Of a stretch of DNA of 64,000 nt, positions 47,049 to 61,000 are shown piece by piece. Source of the DNA: Balanoglossus misakiensis (Eukaryota > Animalia > Hemichordata); contig CM082583.2 in the NCBI GenBank assembly GCA_040954595.2, positions 10,615,656 through 10,679,655 of the forward strand. The letters are read 5' to 3'. Numbering within the stretch: the first letter of the stretch is position 1; each line of letters begins with the position of its first letter. The notes beneath the pieces are model-generated. The model made no database searches and had not been told where the DNA came from. It worked only from the letters and a program-made list of their open reading frames with translations. A program made the position numbers and the translations under genes.

Positions 47049-48599
47049 AGTGGTACTGTTGCTGTTACAAAAGTAAAATCTTCACTATCGAAGACGGTTA
47101 ACTTGTCTTTCTTACGATAAGGAGATTCTCAAGCTTTTGGTATGTTTAAATGTCGTGCGTGTTCTAGTTGAAAAGATTTCAGTCTGGGTACTGGTGGACT
47201 ATAATATTTGCAGAGGGAATTCTGGGAACATGTTCGGCTCGTATAGGATACAGTCGGCGCTGCGGCTATCAAACGAACAAAACCAAATATGATTTATTGG
47301 ACATAACAGTAACATATCAAAGCGCCAAAAATAACTCAAAATCCCCCTAAAGTCACAGATTTCGTCCCGTTTAATAAGCTTATAACAAATTTGTCTTTCA
47401 ATGAGAAAGATTGTGAGCTGTTGCGAAAGTACATAAAACGCATCACCGGTGAGCGTTAAATCAACGTCTTCTTGCGAAAGCTGTCGGCTGGTCTTCAATA
47501 GAGTTGCTATTTTTACCCGCAGTTTGCGCACAGACCGGGTAAAGTCACGGTGCACGTGCTGCCACCACAAACCGACTGTGTCTAGTTTTGTCAACATGTC
47601 GTGACTCACGTTTTTGCAGCGTTTGGCGGGTACTATTAAACTTTCATTTAGCGTCGTGACAAACCGTGTACCAGACTGTTCCAACAAAACCGTAACAATA
47701 CACTGAAATCCATTCGAATTCAAAACCCAAAAATGAAAGTTTTAATTTGTGTTTTTTTGTTAATGTATGAGAGTGGGTGGAGGGGTGCGCATTTGGTGCG
47801 AACTTCCATCGGGCTGTTCTTATTCAGACAATCCCTCCGTCTAACAAGTGTTTTGGTGATTATGTATAAAACAAATCTTTGACTTTTTATCGATCAATGA
47901 AATCTGACATTTTCTTCGGGTCTATTTGAGCTACATGTATTATCCTTTTAATGAAGAAATTATACCGTGCTCTTATAAATTTTGAGGTGATGTTCAGTTC
48001 TTTTTATTCCCGTGTGTCAGCCAGTTAGTTCCTACGATGAAACGCACTGTTTGACTTTTAACATTCTTACGTCTATTCTAAGACTTGAATATTGATTTAA
48101 GTCTGGATTTAAATTCCCTTGCCAAAAATATCGTCTGTTTCACATATGAACTATGTTGACAAGACAAATGCTAGACTTGCTAAAGAAGACACTTTGGATA
48201 TTATAGTGGTTATTGCATAATGTGCTGCCCTGGTGAAAATACTGCCATATATAGTACATCATCACGCCTGTACCACACAGCTCAGCCACCTCTGTGATCA
48301 AAGATTTATTTCAATTTATGATTACCACTCATTTATAAAGTACAATTAAACAGGCCAATCCTTTTTAAAGACCGTAAAAAGCTTGCACTAAGCATTGTCA
48401 TGAGATGTTTGCTATCTGCAACTCCACATCTTTTTGTAGAAATTTCAAGAGCTGGATGCCATTTATAGCCATGCACATGTGCTTTTATAGCTTCTTATCT
48501 GATATTGATAATAATAGTAATCGTCCCAGTTTTATAAGTAACAATAATTGTTGAGCAATTCTTAAAAGATGCAGTGACAGTCCTTTTGGCGTCCAAAAG

Positions 48600-51500
48600 C
48601 GGTTGGGAAATAGAAACTACATGTACACAGAGTCGTCTGAATTCCCAAAAGTCAAACCAGGACCGCTGTAAAGTGAGCTGGGACGTAGAGTCGTATCCGA
48701 AACGCTCTCTTGAAAATCGCTTAAACAAACGGTGGTCACAGCTGCAAGACGTGAAAAAAACTGAATGCACGCAACAACTAGACCATGACCAATGGCGAGA
48801 TTTTCCGATGTTCCTGCGCCACCTGACAAGTCAATCGAAATTTCTCGCCAAATACTGGACTGGGGACGGTGCATGACGTTATATCGTCTACAATATATGT
48901 TATTTGAGGAATTTACCCGCTAACTATGGTCCCCATGGTCCCAAGGTTTTGATGCTTTTTGAGCATCTCTTCCAAGCGTCCCGATGTTCGCCTCCTGCTG
49001 AGTTGGCCGCACCTGATATGATAAAATCGGCGACATTTTCGAGTGGCTCACTTGCACGAGTGATTTTCTTGGGTGGGGTGGAAACCACATTTCGTATTAT
49101 AGTGGCGACCGACCGACAATTGGCGGCTTTCTTTGGCCAAAAGGTCCCCGGGGATCACTTGCAAATGTTGGTAAAACTCGGGGTTCGTCGGTCGGTCGGA
49201 CTACGAGATAAACACTTGAAGAATAGCATCGCGTAAGAATTAGCAACACAACAAGGCATGCTTGGACCTTTACCCAGGGTTTCAAAGAAAGTTTCATTGG
49301 CAGATCTCATTGATAGAAATCGGAGATTTATTGAACTAAACTCTTATTTTACAGTAAATTGCTCGTTCGGTGTGTTCGCAGATTTGTCTATTTTATTATT
49401 TATAGAAATTATTTCCAGTGTAACGAACATAAATACCACGTATATTATTGAAAATATTATTATATTATGCATATGCCTACTTATATTGAAGTAACTATAG
49501 CAACGAAAACATGGGTGTTGCTAATGTAGCCGTCGCACATACGTATTTATCACTTTTCAGATTTCTTTCTGCAAGGATGTTACCCTTTATGGAATCAAAT
49601 CAAGCCTTTGCAAGTCAGGATAATGCGTGTTTTTTGTTCTAAAATTGGGGATGAAGACAGAGAGGTGCATTCCTAGTTACCAAGTAAAGAAACCCGACGT
49701 CGACATCGGTTGTCGTGGTGCTTGACAGGGACCACCCAATAACAATGATTAAAGAGTCCACCGTTCACCCCTTATGAACCAGTTTGAACGGGAAAGTTTG
49801 GTGTTCGACGTTTATAGGGGTGTATAGAGGTTGTGTACAGGAGATTGCATGTTTGAGTATATAGGTCCAGTGCATTGTGTGTGTGTGCTGTTCTGGCTTT
49901 CATTTCGCATATTATGCTTTATTCATATCTTTATTCAAACAAACGTACATTTGAACTATTTAGCTGTGTTGGTATGTATTCGTAAACAAACAAACAAACT
50001 TTTTGAGGGTGGAGCAATTTCCAAGAAGTCTTATACCAGTACACTCAGAACAGAAAAATAACACCAGGCCTAATGGGCAAGAAAACGTCGGTTGTCATGG
50101 TTGTAATTACTGTACCATGATGATTTATATTCGTCATATTTTATCGGTCACAATTCCTTGGGCGAGTGGAGATAAATAATCACAAAGTAACGCTGATCTT
50201 GGGTGGTTACCACTCCTGTTTTTTTTCTCTTCTTTTTTTTTGGGGGGGGGGCCTCAAGATAATTCATAAATCATAATGTCCTGTGGTTGATTCAAAATTC
50301 TAGGCGAACTCAGGCATCGCAACTTGATTGAATTTTAAGTGGTTGCAATCGCCCAGAAATATTACTCAAAATATAGGCCAACCTAACGTTTTAAAAATCC
50401 AAATGTAGAATTACTAGAAAATCAATCAACACCGTTCTTGTGCATTTCTGGTTATGTATTTCTCGCGTGAGAATCAGAGAAATCGAACTTGACAGACAGG
50501 CCGACAGCTAAAAATAGACCGCAAATGCTATTTATATCTCACAGTACACGCCCACCTCTTTATAGCTTAAAATGAGAGCCATGACACCCCGAGTGTATTA
50601 CAACACAGACATCTTTTGCGGCTCAGAATACACTGGTAATAGCAACAGAACAGAGTGGCATTTATTGTATTTTTGCTGCTAACTGTTTGTTTTGATCGAC
50701 AGGAAACAAGTGTATCTGTAAATATTGTCTATTTGGGTAATTTATTTTCCGAAATCTAAGAGTTGTAGCTTGTTCTACTGTGACACTATAATCAACTGGA
50801 TGAACACGATGATTTCTTCAAGGAAAGGCTGGATTCACGTTTCATATAGCTGAACAAAGTCATAATAAGATATTTTATGGCCGTGTCCATATAAAATATG
50901 TGTTCATATTGACTTACTTTTGCAGAAAAGGGGAGATCGATATCGAGTACTTCGACAGGTGGAACAAACGAGATCAACGGAAGTTCCCTTATTTACATAA
51001 ATCCAAATATGGAAACACAGTTAAACAATTCCGTGACGTCATGGACAAATGAAGATATGACGATATCTGCAGTACAATGATAAGAATTTCTCTTTGATCA
51101 GAGATATATATGTCATCTACTCGCGTATCCTTTAGTTGTCATTGTGTATGTTAACCAGCCCTTATTTCAAAAACTTATTAGGACCACATTTCTGGGTTCA
51201 AAGTTAAATTTCTGTGTGAATTTGGGATAATAAAGCGACCTGCGCATAACACTCGTATTGAATTCTTATTACCACAGTATAATGACGTCACTGGCACCGG
51301 GGCAACCTCCTATATTTGCATATAACCATCCGCTGTCAGTGCTTTGACTTAATATAGGACATGCCATAAACCAAATATAAACATAATTAATCTATTTAAA
51401 ATTTTGTAATATACTACACAGTATTTTAAGTGTCCTCTTCTTTAGAGTCAGGTAAATTAATAGGGATTTCAAAACATAAACGACCGTTTTGTGGGACAGC

Positions 51501-52160
51501 GGAACAATCTTTTCAGAGGTTTCCCTGCACGCAGTCAGGATTCTGGACATACCAAGGCTCAGGTCGGTGTTCCTGCCTAAAAATAGAACAGTGTCTACAC
51601 CGTTTCTCATCTCAGCTGATCTGATCCCATTTTACTGGTCAGTAAAAATAGAAACTATAGTGTCTGTGTTCTACTCTTTGCACTGAATCAATTCCCGTAC
51701 ATGGATGGAATTTTTAATGATTTTGTGTATTGGTGTTACCGTTGACTTTGGCGTGTGGTCACTCGTGCTGTTTTGTTGATGTTCGTCTGTTTGGAAGTGT
51801 TTGACTAGAAAAGAACGATAGTATCAACGCAAGTCAGAACGTTTACTTAAGTCTTCACTGTTGACAAATTTTGCAGCGTTTTCCAGCCACCGTCAACTTT
51901 TCAGAGTGTGCTGTGATTTGTGGGGTTATGTTTACAATGCTCACTTTGCGTATGTCTTACTGAACAAGACACACGGCGGTGTTTGCGTGGTCATTCTGAA
52001 CTGATATTCAAAACATACTTCCGCTATTCACCAGAGCCACCATCAAGATCGTGTGTTACGTTCTTTTTCCTGGTTGACACTCAACAAGAAGCGTGCCAGT
52101 TTGAAGCTTTACTGTCAGAAATCATAACACAGCGATCAAGGATTCATTGGTAAGTCATCT
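48600..52160 (+). promoter_or_regulatory. CpG-rich region, probable promoter(s) and non-coding first exon(s) of an unidentified downstream plus-strand gene
   Basis: CpG-rich sequence with donors GC|GTAAGA (~49232) and TG|GTAAGT (~52150), followed by ~11 kb of CpG-poor, intron-like sequence. No coding exon recognised. Confidence 0.35.
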
Positions 52161-52967
52161 CTTGTTCTTTTGAACGAGAACGTAAACACGTGTGTGAAAT
52201 AGACATCTACGTTGTTGTTGTTTTCATCGCGATGATGTACATTTCAAAATGCGTAAATGTAGCCAATATTTTGCAACATGTCTGATATTAACAGCGAGTG
52301 CCTCTCGTGAGAGACGAAGTCTGCTGCTAGGCTGTAACTACAGACGTCATCACAGTTACTTAGCTCCAGATATGCGGCCGAGTAATGAGGCTATTTGAGC
52401 GTCTGCAGAACTGCCCGCGAGAAACCGTTGTTATTTTGTCAGTTTTTGATGGGTTTCCATAACAAATCAGGAAGAAACCGAAAGGAACTAGGGCAGTTAT
52501 GGTCGAAACTTCATAAATACGTGTGTGGGTGATCAGGACTGAGTCATCGTATAAAATTATTTGGGGATTTCCCTGTATTTACATGTGTCGCAACACCCTA
52601 AGCGGCCTTGCAGTTGGAAGAGTAATATGTGCGACAAAGTTTTGAGCATTTTTTCCACTAAAAATCAGTCATTTGTCAGTACTAGATGATACTTTCTGTT
52701 TCCGTGAGCACACATAGCCGGTGTGCGATTCTGATGACGACAGAGTGCCCCACTTTTTTAGTGACCGTACCAGCTTGATTTTATAATTTTTGTCTGCTGG
52801 GCGAACTTCCTTTGAAGGATGTGTGTAGCTTTTGAGTCAAAATAAGTTGCTGGAAAACGGGGAAAACAGAAAAACGTGATGGTGCCAACTTACAAAAATG
52901 GCGAGCAGGGAGCTACCCGTCCTCTCTCGCTGGATGCTAAAAGTCGAATGGCTAAAGTTGAGTTTCA

Positions 52968-53063
52968 GACAATGTCCAAGCTCATTAACACTTGCAAGAA
53001 AATTTGCATATTAAGGACAATGTCCAAGCTCATTAACACTTGCAAGAAAATTTGCATATTAAG
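52968..53063. repeat. Perfect 48-bp tandem duplication
   Basis: GACAATGTCCAAGCTCATTAACACTTGCAAGAAAATTTGCATATTAAG repeated twice. Confidence 0.95.
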
Positions 53064-53792
53064 GTGTTGGAATTGAAATATGGCCCACACAAGCCTGGTT
53101 TTTTCCTAAGGGTGAAGACAATATAAATGAATTTGAATACAAATAACAAGCAGTAAATCTGATGGAGGGGACACGTTTTCTACTGTATTTTTGTCAGGGA
53201 ATAATTAGATAATGATCAACACAAGGGGTGTTATGGTTTTCAGAAAACATGTTGCCATCGACCCATAAATTTTGTTGACATGAAGTCAACTGAGACTTGT
53301 AGGTTGTAATCACCCTAATTTGTTCAAACATGGATTTTGAAACAGAAATAAAATTGGTTTGTCCGTTAATTAAAAATCAATGAGCTGGTTATAAACACAG
53401 AAATTAATTGACACATGAAATGGTTTTGGTTGTTGCCTGATCTATTCAGAGGTGATGTCAAAAGTTCAATGTCGTATTGACCTTTTAAAAAACTTTATTC
53501 TTTTGGTTTACCAAGAATCAAATCAGCATGCATTTCATTTGTGAGGCCTCCAGTGTGTTCAGTACCTGTGTACGAGCCAATTTTGTTTTTTAGAGACGAC
53601 TGAAGACAATTTTCTGACATTGAACTTTTGATATCACTCAAAAGGATCTTATTATGAAAATTCTGTTTTGATGGGCTATTCACGTTATTCTGCTAACTGA
53701 AACATGGCAATGACCTGTTTTTGCAGTGTATTCACAACCCCTATGTGAACAAATCACATGAAGGTTTTGGAAAAAAAATTGTACTATAGACA

Positions 53793-53963
53793 TACTGTAA
53801 AACGGGAATTTTTCGTGAACGATAAATTTTTGTGAAATTTGCAAGAGCCCCCCAAAAATGTGAAATCGGAGATATCGTTGCAGTGAAATATGAGAATGCG
53901 AAAATTACTCATCACGTAACAGTTGCCTCTTTTGATATCGCGAAAATTTCCCGTTTTACAGTA
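53793..53963. mobile_element. MITE with TA target duplication (Tc1/mariner-type)
   Basis: TA-CTGTAAAACGGGAATTTTTCG ... CGAAAATTTCCCGTTTTACAG-TA: near-perfect terminal inverted repeats. Confidence 0.8.
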
Positions 53964-54403
53964 TTTTCATGTTATACACATGCATGTGGTGCGGGTTGAG
54001 TTGTTACCACTGGTCATTGAGCATGTTTCAGTGATCTGAATAATATTCATTTTGTGTACAGTGTAGCTCATAAAAAATATAATGTAGCCAAAATAATGTC
54101 AAAAATTAATGACTTGTATCCCTTTAAAACTGAAATAATTCCTTTCCTAATCAGGAAATGTTATTAAATGACTCATAGATGTACTTCACCTCTCAAGACT
54201 TTCTCTTAGTCTGCATGGTTGGTGTACATGCAAACCCAGATTGCATGGTCAGTTAGTCCCACACCCATGTAGGGGAAAGTGGGCAGGAAGTATAGCAACC
54301 ATGTGAAAGTGAGATAAAAAGATTGTAACCCTGTGTGGGTGGTTTTGACTGTTGGTCATGAGTAGAAAATGTAACCTCAAATATATTACCGGTTCTCGGA
54401 AAG

Positions 54404-54585
54404 TACAGTAAAACCTGTCTAAACCGAACACCGAAGGGACTGAAAATATTGTTCGGTTTGCATAGGCGTCTGGTTTATAGAGGTTCCTGTAACATGTGGT
54501 TTTATGTGAAGGGGGCTTGAAAGGGTGTTCGGTATAGAAAGGTTTCCAGAATAGACAGGGTTCAGTTTAGACAGGTTTTATTGTA
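54404..54585. mobile_element. pogo/Tigger-like MITE with TA target duplication
   Basis: TA-CAGTAAAACCTGTCTAAACCGAAC ... GTTCAGTTTAGACAGGTTTTATTG-TA, with internal subrepeats. Confidence 0.8.
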
Positions 54586-54936
54586 CATGTATATCACTGG
54601 AGGTTTTTGGCTGTAAGGGAAGAAAAGGTCAGGGGTAATATTTTGAGAGAGGGACATCTTTCCCAGAGTGTAAGGTACATGGTCCTTTGGGGATACACAC
54701 ATTACATGATGTCAGTTTCAATAAATTTTGGAGCGGTTGATTTGTGGTTTTGTGAACTTTATTACAAGTTTTGCTGTGGTTAAGATACTAGCATAGTGTG
54801 AGAGTCCTGTTTCATTCAGCTGTTCAGTTTGACACATGATATACCATGTTTACATGGGGTTTTTACACTCGTCAAACACATTGTTCAGATGATTTTGTAT
54901 AAATCGCCGCTATGCATGAACTCATGTAAGTTTATC

Positions 54937-55047
54937 TCAGTTCAAGTGTGGTGTATTTTCCATATGAAGTTCACTTCAGTTCAAGTGTGATGTTTTTCCA
55001 TATCACAGTTCATGTTAGTTCAAGTGTGGTGTTTTTCCCATATGAAT
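54937..55047. repeat. ~39-bp imperfect tandem repeat, 3 copies
   Basis: Three AGTTCAAGTGTG(G/A)TGT..TTTCCATAT units. Confidence 0.8.
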
Positions 55048-58000
55048 TTTGTTTGTCTTGGTCTGATATTGGTCCAATTAATGTATATGTGTATATTTTG
55101 CGTCTGCAGCTGTAATTTGTCATATGTGAAAATTTGACATCAACCATACGTTACAACGAGCTCCTTCTGTTATCACTCATGTACATGACCAGTATGGGCG
55201 CTTTCAACAATAAAATGATGATAAAATTACAAACAGTCATATTTTCCATATGTATTAAAGTCCTATCTTTACAGAATGACTTTTTCGTTTTCATGTTATG
55301 GTAATAATGGAGTGTACCGTTACCTATATATCTGGGTTACCACTGCGTCAAACAGTACAAGTTCCCTTACTTCATTTCAGTATCTTATTCTGAAATGTAC
55401 TGGTATTACTAGTGAGGTCATCATGTCTTCACGTTGATTGCTGTGAAATGAACACCTGTGGTCAGTGTAATGTGTCCTTAATGACCTTAGGACACCATGA
55501 CATTTGCTGGTCAGGATACAACCACATTGTACAGATTAAGTGACCTTAAATGAGCTTATTTCCTCTATAGCAGGTGGGGAATACAAAAATCTTCTCAGAA
55601 GAACCAGAATGTTGTCGGTTCATTTGAATAACTAAGTCTGTACGTGAGACAATATCTTGTAGCCTGTCCTTTGTAACCTCTAGATAGAGCACATGGTCCA
55701 TTTTGGTGAAGTTTATGATGATATGAGAAAGCAATATGTATTTTTTGGAACTTGAAATCTCATTGAACCAGAATCATACAATGTACATGTACTTGGACCA
55801 TTTTTCAAGGTTTCTTCGACTAGCAAGACAGAATACGTGCGAAATAGAACTTCTAAAACCACTATTTTATTTAATCAGCTGTTGTTAGTGACAACTACGA
55901 GAGGACCTGACTGTTACCAAGTAAAATATAGTGTTGGTCAACTATTAATCAGAACATTAGTCTTACTGATCTTGTATACAGCCTGTTGTACCCAGGGTGA
56001 GCTAAGCTAAGGGTTAGTGCCTGTTGTGTCAGACTGTGACGTCTTTAAAAGCTAACGTATGTCACCCAAATTATACTGTTTAGTCTGAGTGTAAAGTACT
56101 GTCACTCTAAAATGATAGTGACCACAATCAGTTTGTTTATCTACAAATAATTGGTGTACTTTCCTCGGCACAGCTCAACTTTGTGAGGAAATTTTCCAAT
56201 ATGGTTTGGAATGTAACTGGGGCTGGCGTAAAGGTTTTTAAAAAAATGTCTTGGGTAATATCTGCCTAACATTTGTAATATGTTTCCATGTCATTTACTT
56301 AGCATAAATGTTAAATGCAATATTGGATGTAAAAAAGCAAAAATAGGAGTCTTCCCGTCTGCGGAAGCAGGATAGTAAAACACACCAATTATTTCACAAT
56401 TAGCAATTACACATGTTCTGACCTGTGATTTATGTTGAGCAGGTCTGTCCCTGCCTCTGTGACAGTTTGTTGATAATTCATAGATCAACACGATTTAATC
56501 TCAAATTGTTTCTTAACTGGTGCAGTTGGCATGTGCATATCATTACCAGTCTATTTGAACTGTTTAAAAGGGCCACTGATTGTTTTGGGCGACTCTGTAC
56601 AAGAAATTGTCAAATGAGAATGTCAAAGGCAAAACTTCCGCACATAAAACCATGAAACGACTGAATGGTGGTGTAATTGTAATTTGTCATCATTCAGACT
56701 CTGTGAATTGTCAGGATCTTGTGACGATGTTTACGACAGGTCACGGGTGAAGTAGACCAACCAGTGGAGAAAACCTGCAGTGATGAACTTAAGATTATTA
56801 CAATAAGTTGATGACTGAAAATAGCCTGTATATGCTGATTTTAGGACACTGGCAGAGATCCAAGTTTCCAAGGGTCATGTGCTGTATGTAGACAGATAGA
56901 CCTATTTTTATGCAGCTTGTCACCACACCCTGTCCCTCTCCCGGAAAGTTATGAGCAGAGTTTAAGGGCAGTCGAAATAAAAATAAAGATCTGGACAGTT
57001 TTCCAAGAGCAGTGTCAGTGTGTGGCTTTATCTTACAAATGTTTATGAAATATGATCTTTTCTGTTGGTGACACGCGACTTTGAGACCGCATCCCAGTGC
57101 ATGTGGCTTTTAGGAGAAGACCAGATGTGTCTGCTTTAGTTTCATTTAAAGGGATTAACATGTGTTTCTCATGACTGGTCCAATCAGATTTCGTTTCTTA
57201 GACTCGGCAAACTGGTCAACCAATCAGATTGTGAGGTTCATTTAGGTGGCCTATTCAAAGTCCCCTGTGCATTTAGTACTTATTTTATATGGCTGTAAGA
57301 AAGAAATTAGACTAATAAATTATGAGAACCCTGACTGTGGTTGTGAATTGCATTCTTTGTGTGTTGATGTGAGGCAGTTACTATCCTGTGGTGCTTAGGG
57401 ATTGCGTCATTATTGTGTTTAGCAAGCAATAGTTGGATAGGCTTGTTCTGGTGTCTTTTGATATTACCAGATCTGGATCGTATTGTAAAGTGACTGGTGG
57501 ACAGTGTTCTTGCTACAGACAGTGCAACTGTAAGTGCTATGTTTGAACTTTTCTTTTGCTATTTTTAAAGAAATTTATTTGAAGTTAGTGTTCGTCTTCA
57601 ATGCATAAAGAATGAGGTGTGTCAACACTAACAATTTGTAAATGTAGTAGCTGCAATAATTGTAACAGTGGGTCATTATTTTCACTTTCTGACTGGAGTC
57701 GCGGATTTAATCAGACCTGCCGCTCCAATTATTGCAGCTATTTTGGCAGATGTTAGGAGTTATGGACTTAGATTAGAACACATGGAAATATTCTGTATAT
57801 TCCTTCTATCTGTGGATGTGGGTATGTAGGTGAAGTCTGTTATTATTTGCCATGCCAAGTTTGAACTCTGTATAACCTTCCATCATCGGCACAGATTGGC
57901 ATCACACCAACACATCCAGAAATAATAAGTGCATTCAAGATTGAAATGCTTCATTGAATTCATCACCTATTGAGAAGAACCTCTGTTCTGGAATAAGTGG

Positions 58001-61000
58001 GCATATCTGTTTGTACAAGTGTTTCTGCAATTGGTTTTGTCAGGGGTTCCAGGAAGTCGCAGAGTTAGTAAAATACGGTGCAGTCATTGTTTTCACTAAA
58101 TTGATTGTGTACAAGACCTTTCCTCCTGAAAACAACAGAACGTTTGACCTCTGTTTGCTCTCAACCTAGTCCAGCATCTGTTCAGTTCCATTTGCCCCTA
58201 GACGTACATGTGCCAGCCTACGCCTGTCAGCCAAAGGTACTGTGCAGTGATAACTCACAGCATCTGAGATAAACCCCCGTGACAAATGACATTTAAACAA
58301 AGGTAGGCAAGGGATAAAGTGACCTGTGGCTGCCACTGCGAGATAGATATTTCATCCCTCTCTTTTTAAAAAACGTTTACATGTGCATAGAATATATAAT
58401 CATGGAGTTCACAAGGTGCCGGGTCTGGTTACTTTCCGGACCACAGCAGAGGATAAATGCAGCTTTGGGGTGAAATGCCCTACAGGCATATGGTTAGCAC
58501 AGTGAGGCTGGTTACCATATGGACACACGCACCCATCCCACCTTCACCCCACCCATCCACCTCCCAACACATAGTCTATATGTGTATTTGGGCAAGAAAT
58601 ACATATCAGGGTTGCGCTCTATCCAAGGAGTTATACCACCTGATGTTAAATTAAGTACTACCCAGTGGTGCCCATTATACAATCATGTCACCCTTTTTGG
58701 AATTAAAAGTGGGTGTGAATGCAAGTATAAACTTGTAGTTACTACATGTACACATTAACTAAGACTAATACTGATTAAGTTCTATTATTGTTTCAAATAT
58801 TCATATGCCAGAAAACCCCCAGATTTTCCCTGTCATTCCGTTGTACACAAACCACAGCAAGAATTAGATAGATGTTTGAGGTCCGTAAAGGATAGATACC
58901 AAAGTAGCAGAAGTTTCAATTTTGTGTTTTTGAGTGTTATGTTCCATTGCAGGAACTGACGTCTTAGATTTTATCAAGTTTGTTGCTTTTCAGAGCTGCT
59001 GAATAGAGATCGGTGAATGTACTTGTGCAAAGCTTGAGTCTTCACCTAGAGATGCAGCAGTAATCTCCCAAGAAGTCCTATCATGGAGAGGCATCTTATC
59101 AGTGATACAGTAGAGATTTCGTGTGGTATTTTGTGAAGATGTCCTGTGACGTCGGTTGTCATGGTTCACTAGGACAGATGTGTTAAAAGAGGATACCAAA
59201 ATCTGTAGGGAATTGTGTTTTTTTCTCGCCAGGACCTGAATGTCGGGGAGATATCGTTCTGTTTCTCTCATCTTAATGGTGTCTTTTTCCCCCAGGAGAG
59301 TTAAATTCTTTAGGCTTCTATTCACGGGAGATTTCTCAGCACGTTGCCAGTTTAGAAGAAATTTGGTCATCTTTTGTGCATGAATAATGCATCATTCAAG
59401 ATGCGCAAGGTTTTTAGGGAATGAAGAAGAAAGTACACACAAGAAATGTATGGAATTCAGGTGTATTAATATGATAAATAAGAAAACAAAAATGTAGTGA
59501 TCCAAGTCAAAACAGTAAAAAAATCAAAATAATCTTGTTAACCAATCCCAAATTTCATTTGGATTCCAGATGTCAAACTCAGTATGTTCATTTGAGGGCA
59601 TATGTTTTTAGGCTACAACTGTCCAAACATCTAAACAATCTTCAAACATGGTGGGAAGATGTGGTTGGCTTGTTATCAGAAATTGATCGATTTTGACTTC
59701 TTGGTTCGTGCTGTCAGTGGCCACAGTTTATGCGTAACATGTGTATGTGGACTTCGGCATTAATTGGCATACCAGCAGATTGAAGTTTATAAAGCTCTCT
59801 CTTTCTGGTAATGTTATTCATACAACAGCAGATTGTGGAACGTCTCTCCACAGGTGAGCTGGCCAATGCTGGTAGAGTGTCCACCGTCAGGTCACCTTAT
59901 GCACTTTGTTTTTATGCACACTGCGTGTGGGAGAGGGGATATGGAACATCCTTCACTCTGTTCCTTTCAATCAGGATATATTGACAAGTGGAAATTGTAG
60001 CTGACAGGTTATTCCTGTTCGCTGTAGCCTAGATGAGGACATTCCTGTTTGATATCAAACAAAATCTGCGTTTGTGTTTGCCTGTGGTTTTTGAAATGCT
60101 GGTAACAACATTTCAATGCTACCTGGACGTGTATACATCACAGAGTTTGATGTATGGATAAAACTTATTTGCACAACATAAGAGGTCCGGTCATCAAATA
60201 AATGTCAAGATTTATTTTTAAATACTTGCTTATTGGTTTTTCGGTAAGTACCTCCAAATATCACTTTGTAGTATTGTATCCTGATTTAAGGACATTAATC
60301 AATTACATTGTACGTATAATTCACAACAGCTCAGTCAATGAAGGTGTCACTGCATTGAATCGTAAACCAACGGTGTCTTTAATAATTATTGTACATGTAC
60401 TGTCTTTTGACCCAGTGGGGACTATGTCATTGACAAAACTTTCTCTTATTAAAATCATGACAGTGAACGTGTCATTTCAGCCGAAGCGTCTATTTCCCAA
60501 CAATTGAACAGCGGGCATATCCTTGGTCACTAAAAATGGCCGTTTTCTTTTTGGCAGTGTTTATGAAAAGTGAAAAAAAACACAGTTGTGGCAGCGTTTT
60601 TGTGTGATGAATGTAAATCATTTACTTCGCATGATCGGAGTAATTCATGTTATTCACCATCCTTGGCTCGTCATCAGAAATGTTGGAAAGGGAATTATTT
60701 TGCTTGTCAATCATTTGTGTTTTTAAACTGAATCTGCGGAAGTTTGCCGGTAGGATGTATGACGGCAGCATCCTTTTCTTCCTTTTCCTAATAAGCCAGG
60801 TCACGCAGGTCACTTTACCGAGTAATATCCTGGAATCAAATTCTGTCCTTTTGCTGAAATGAGGAAGCTAAAAGCAAATCTGACTTTATAAGCACACGAC
60901 AAAACAATCTGGAGTCTTGGGGGTATACACGTACATCTAGGTGTGCTTGTGATGTCATCAGCGTTTGAACTCTTCCCCCCACAGTTTAAGTGAAATACAC

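Noticed and set aside
46741-47070. Telomerase RNA, RNase P/MRP, U12 snRNA, 7SK, MALAT1-like ENE/mascRNA or HDV ribozyme as the identity of the structured region
   Set aside because: No CUAACCCU template, no correctly spaced CR-I/CR-V pair, no U12 5' sequence, no GAUC motifs, no tRNA-like fold after GAAAAGATGCTG, and no catalytic C in the HDV-like arrangement. Internal T5 runs argue against a simple Pol III transcript.
47199-47723. 174-aa minus-strand ORF
   Set aside because: Non-ATG start, no recognisable domain and no splice context. Probably a chance ORF in CpG-rich regulatory DNA.
49138-49190. RNase MRP-like AAGGTCCCCGGG and CGGGGTTC motifs
   Set aside because: The motifs are only ~30 nt apart, too close for the MRP P4 architecture.
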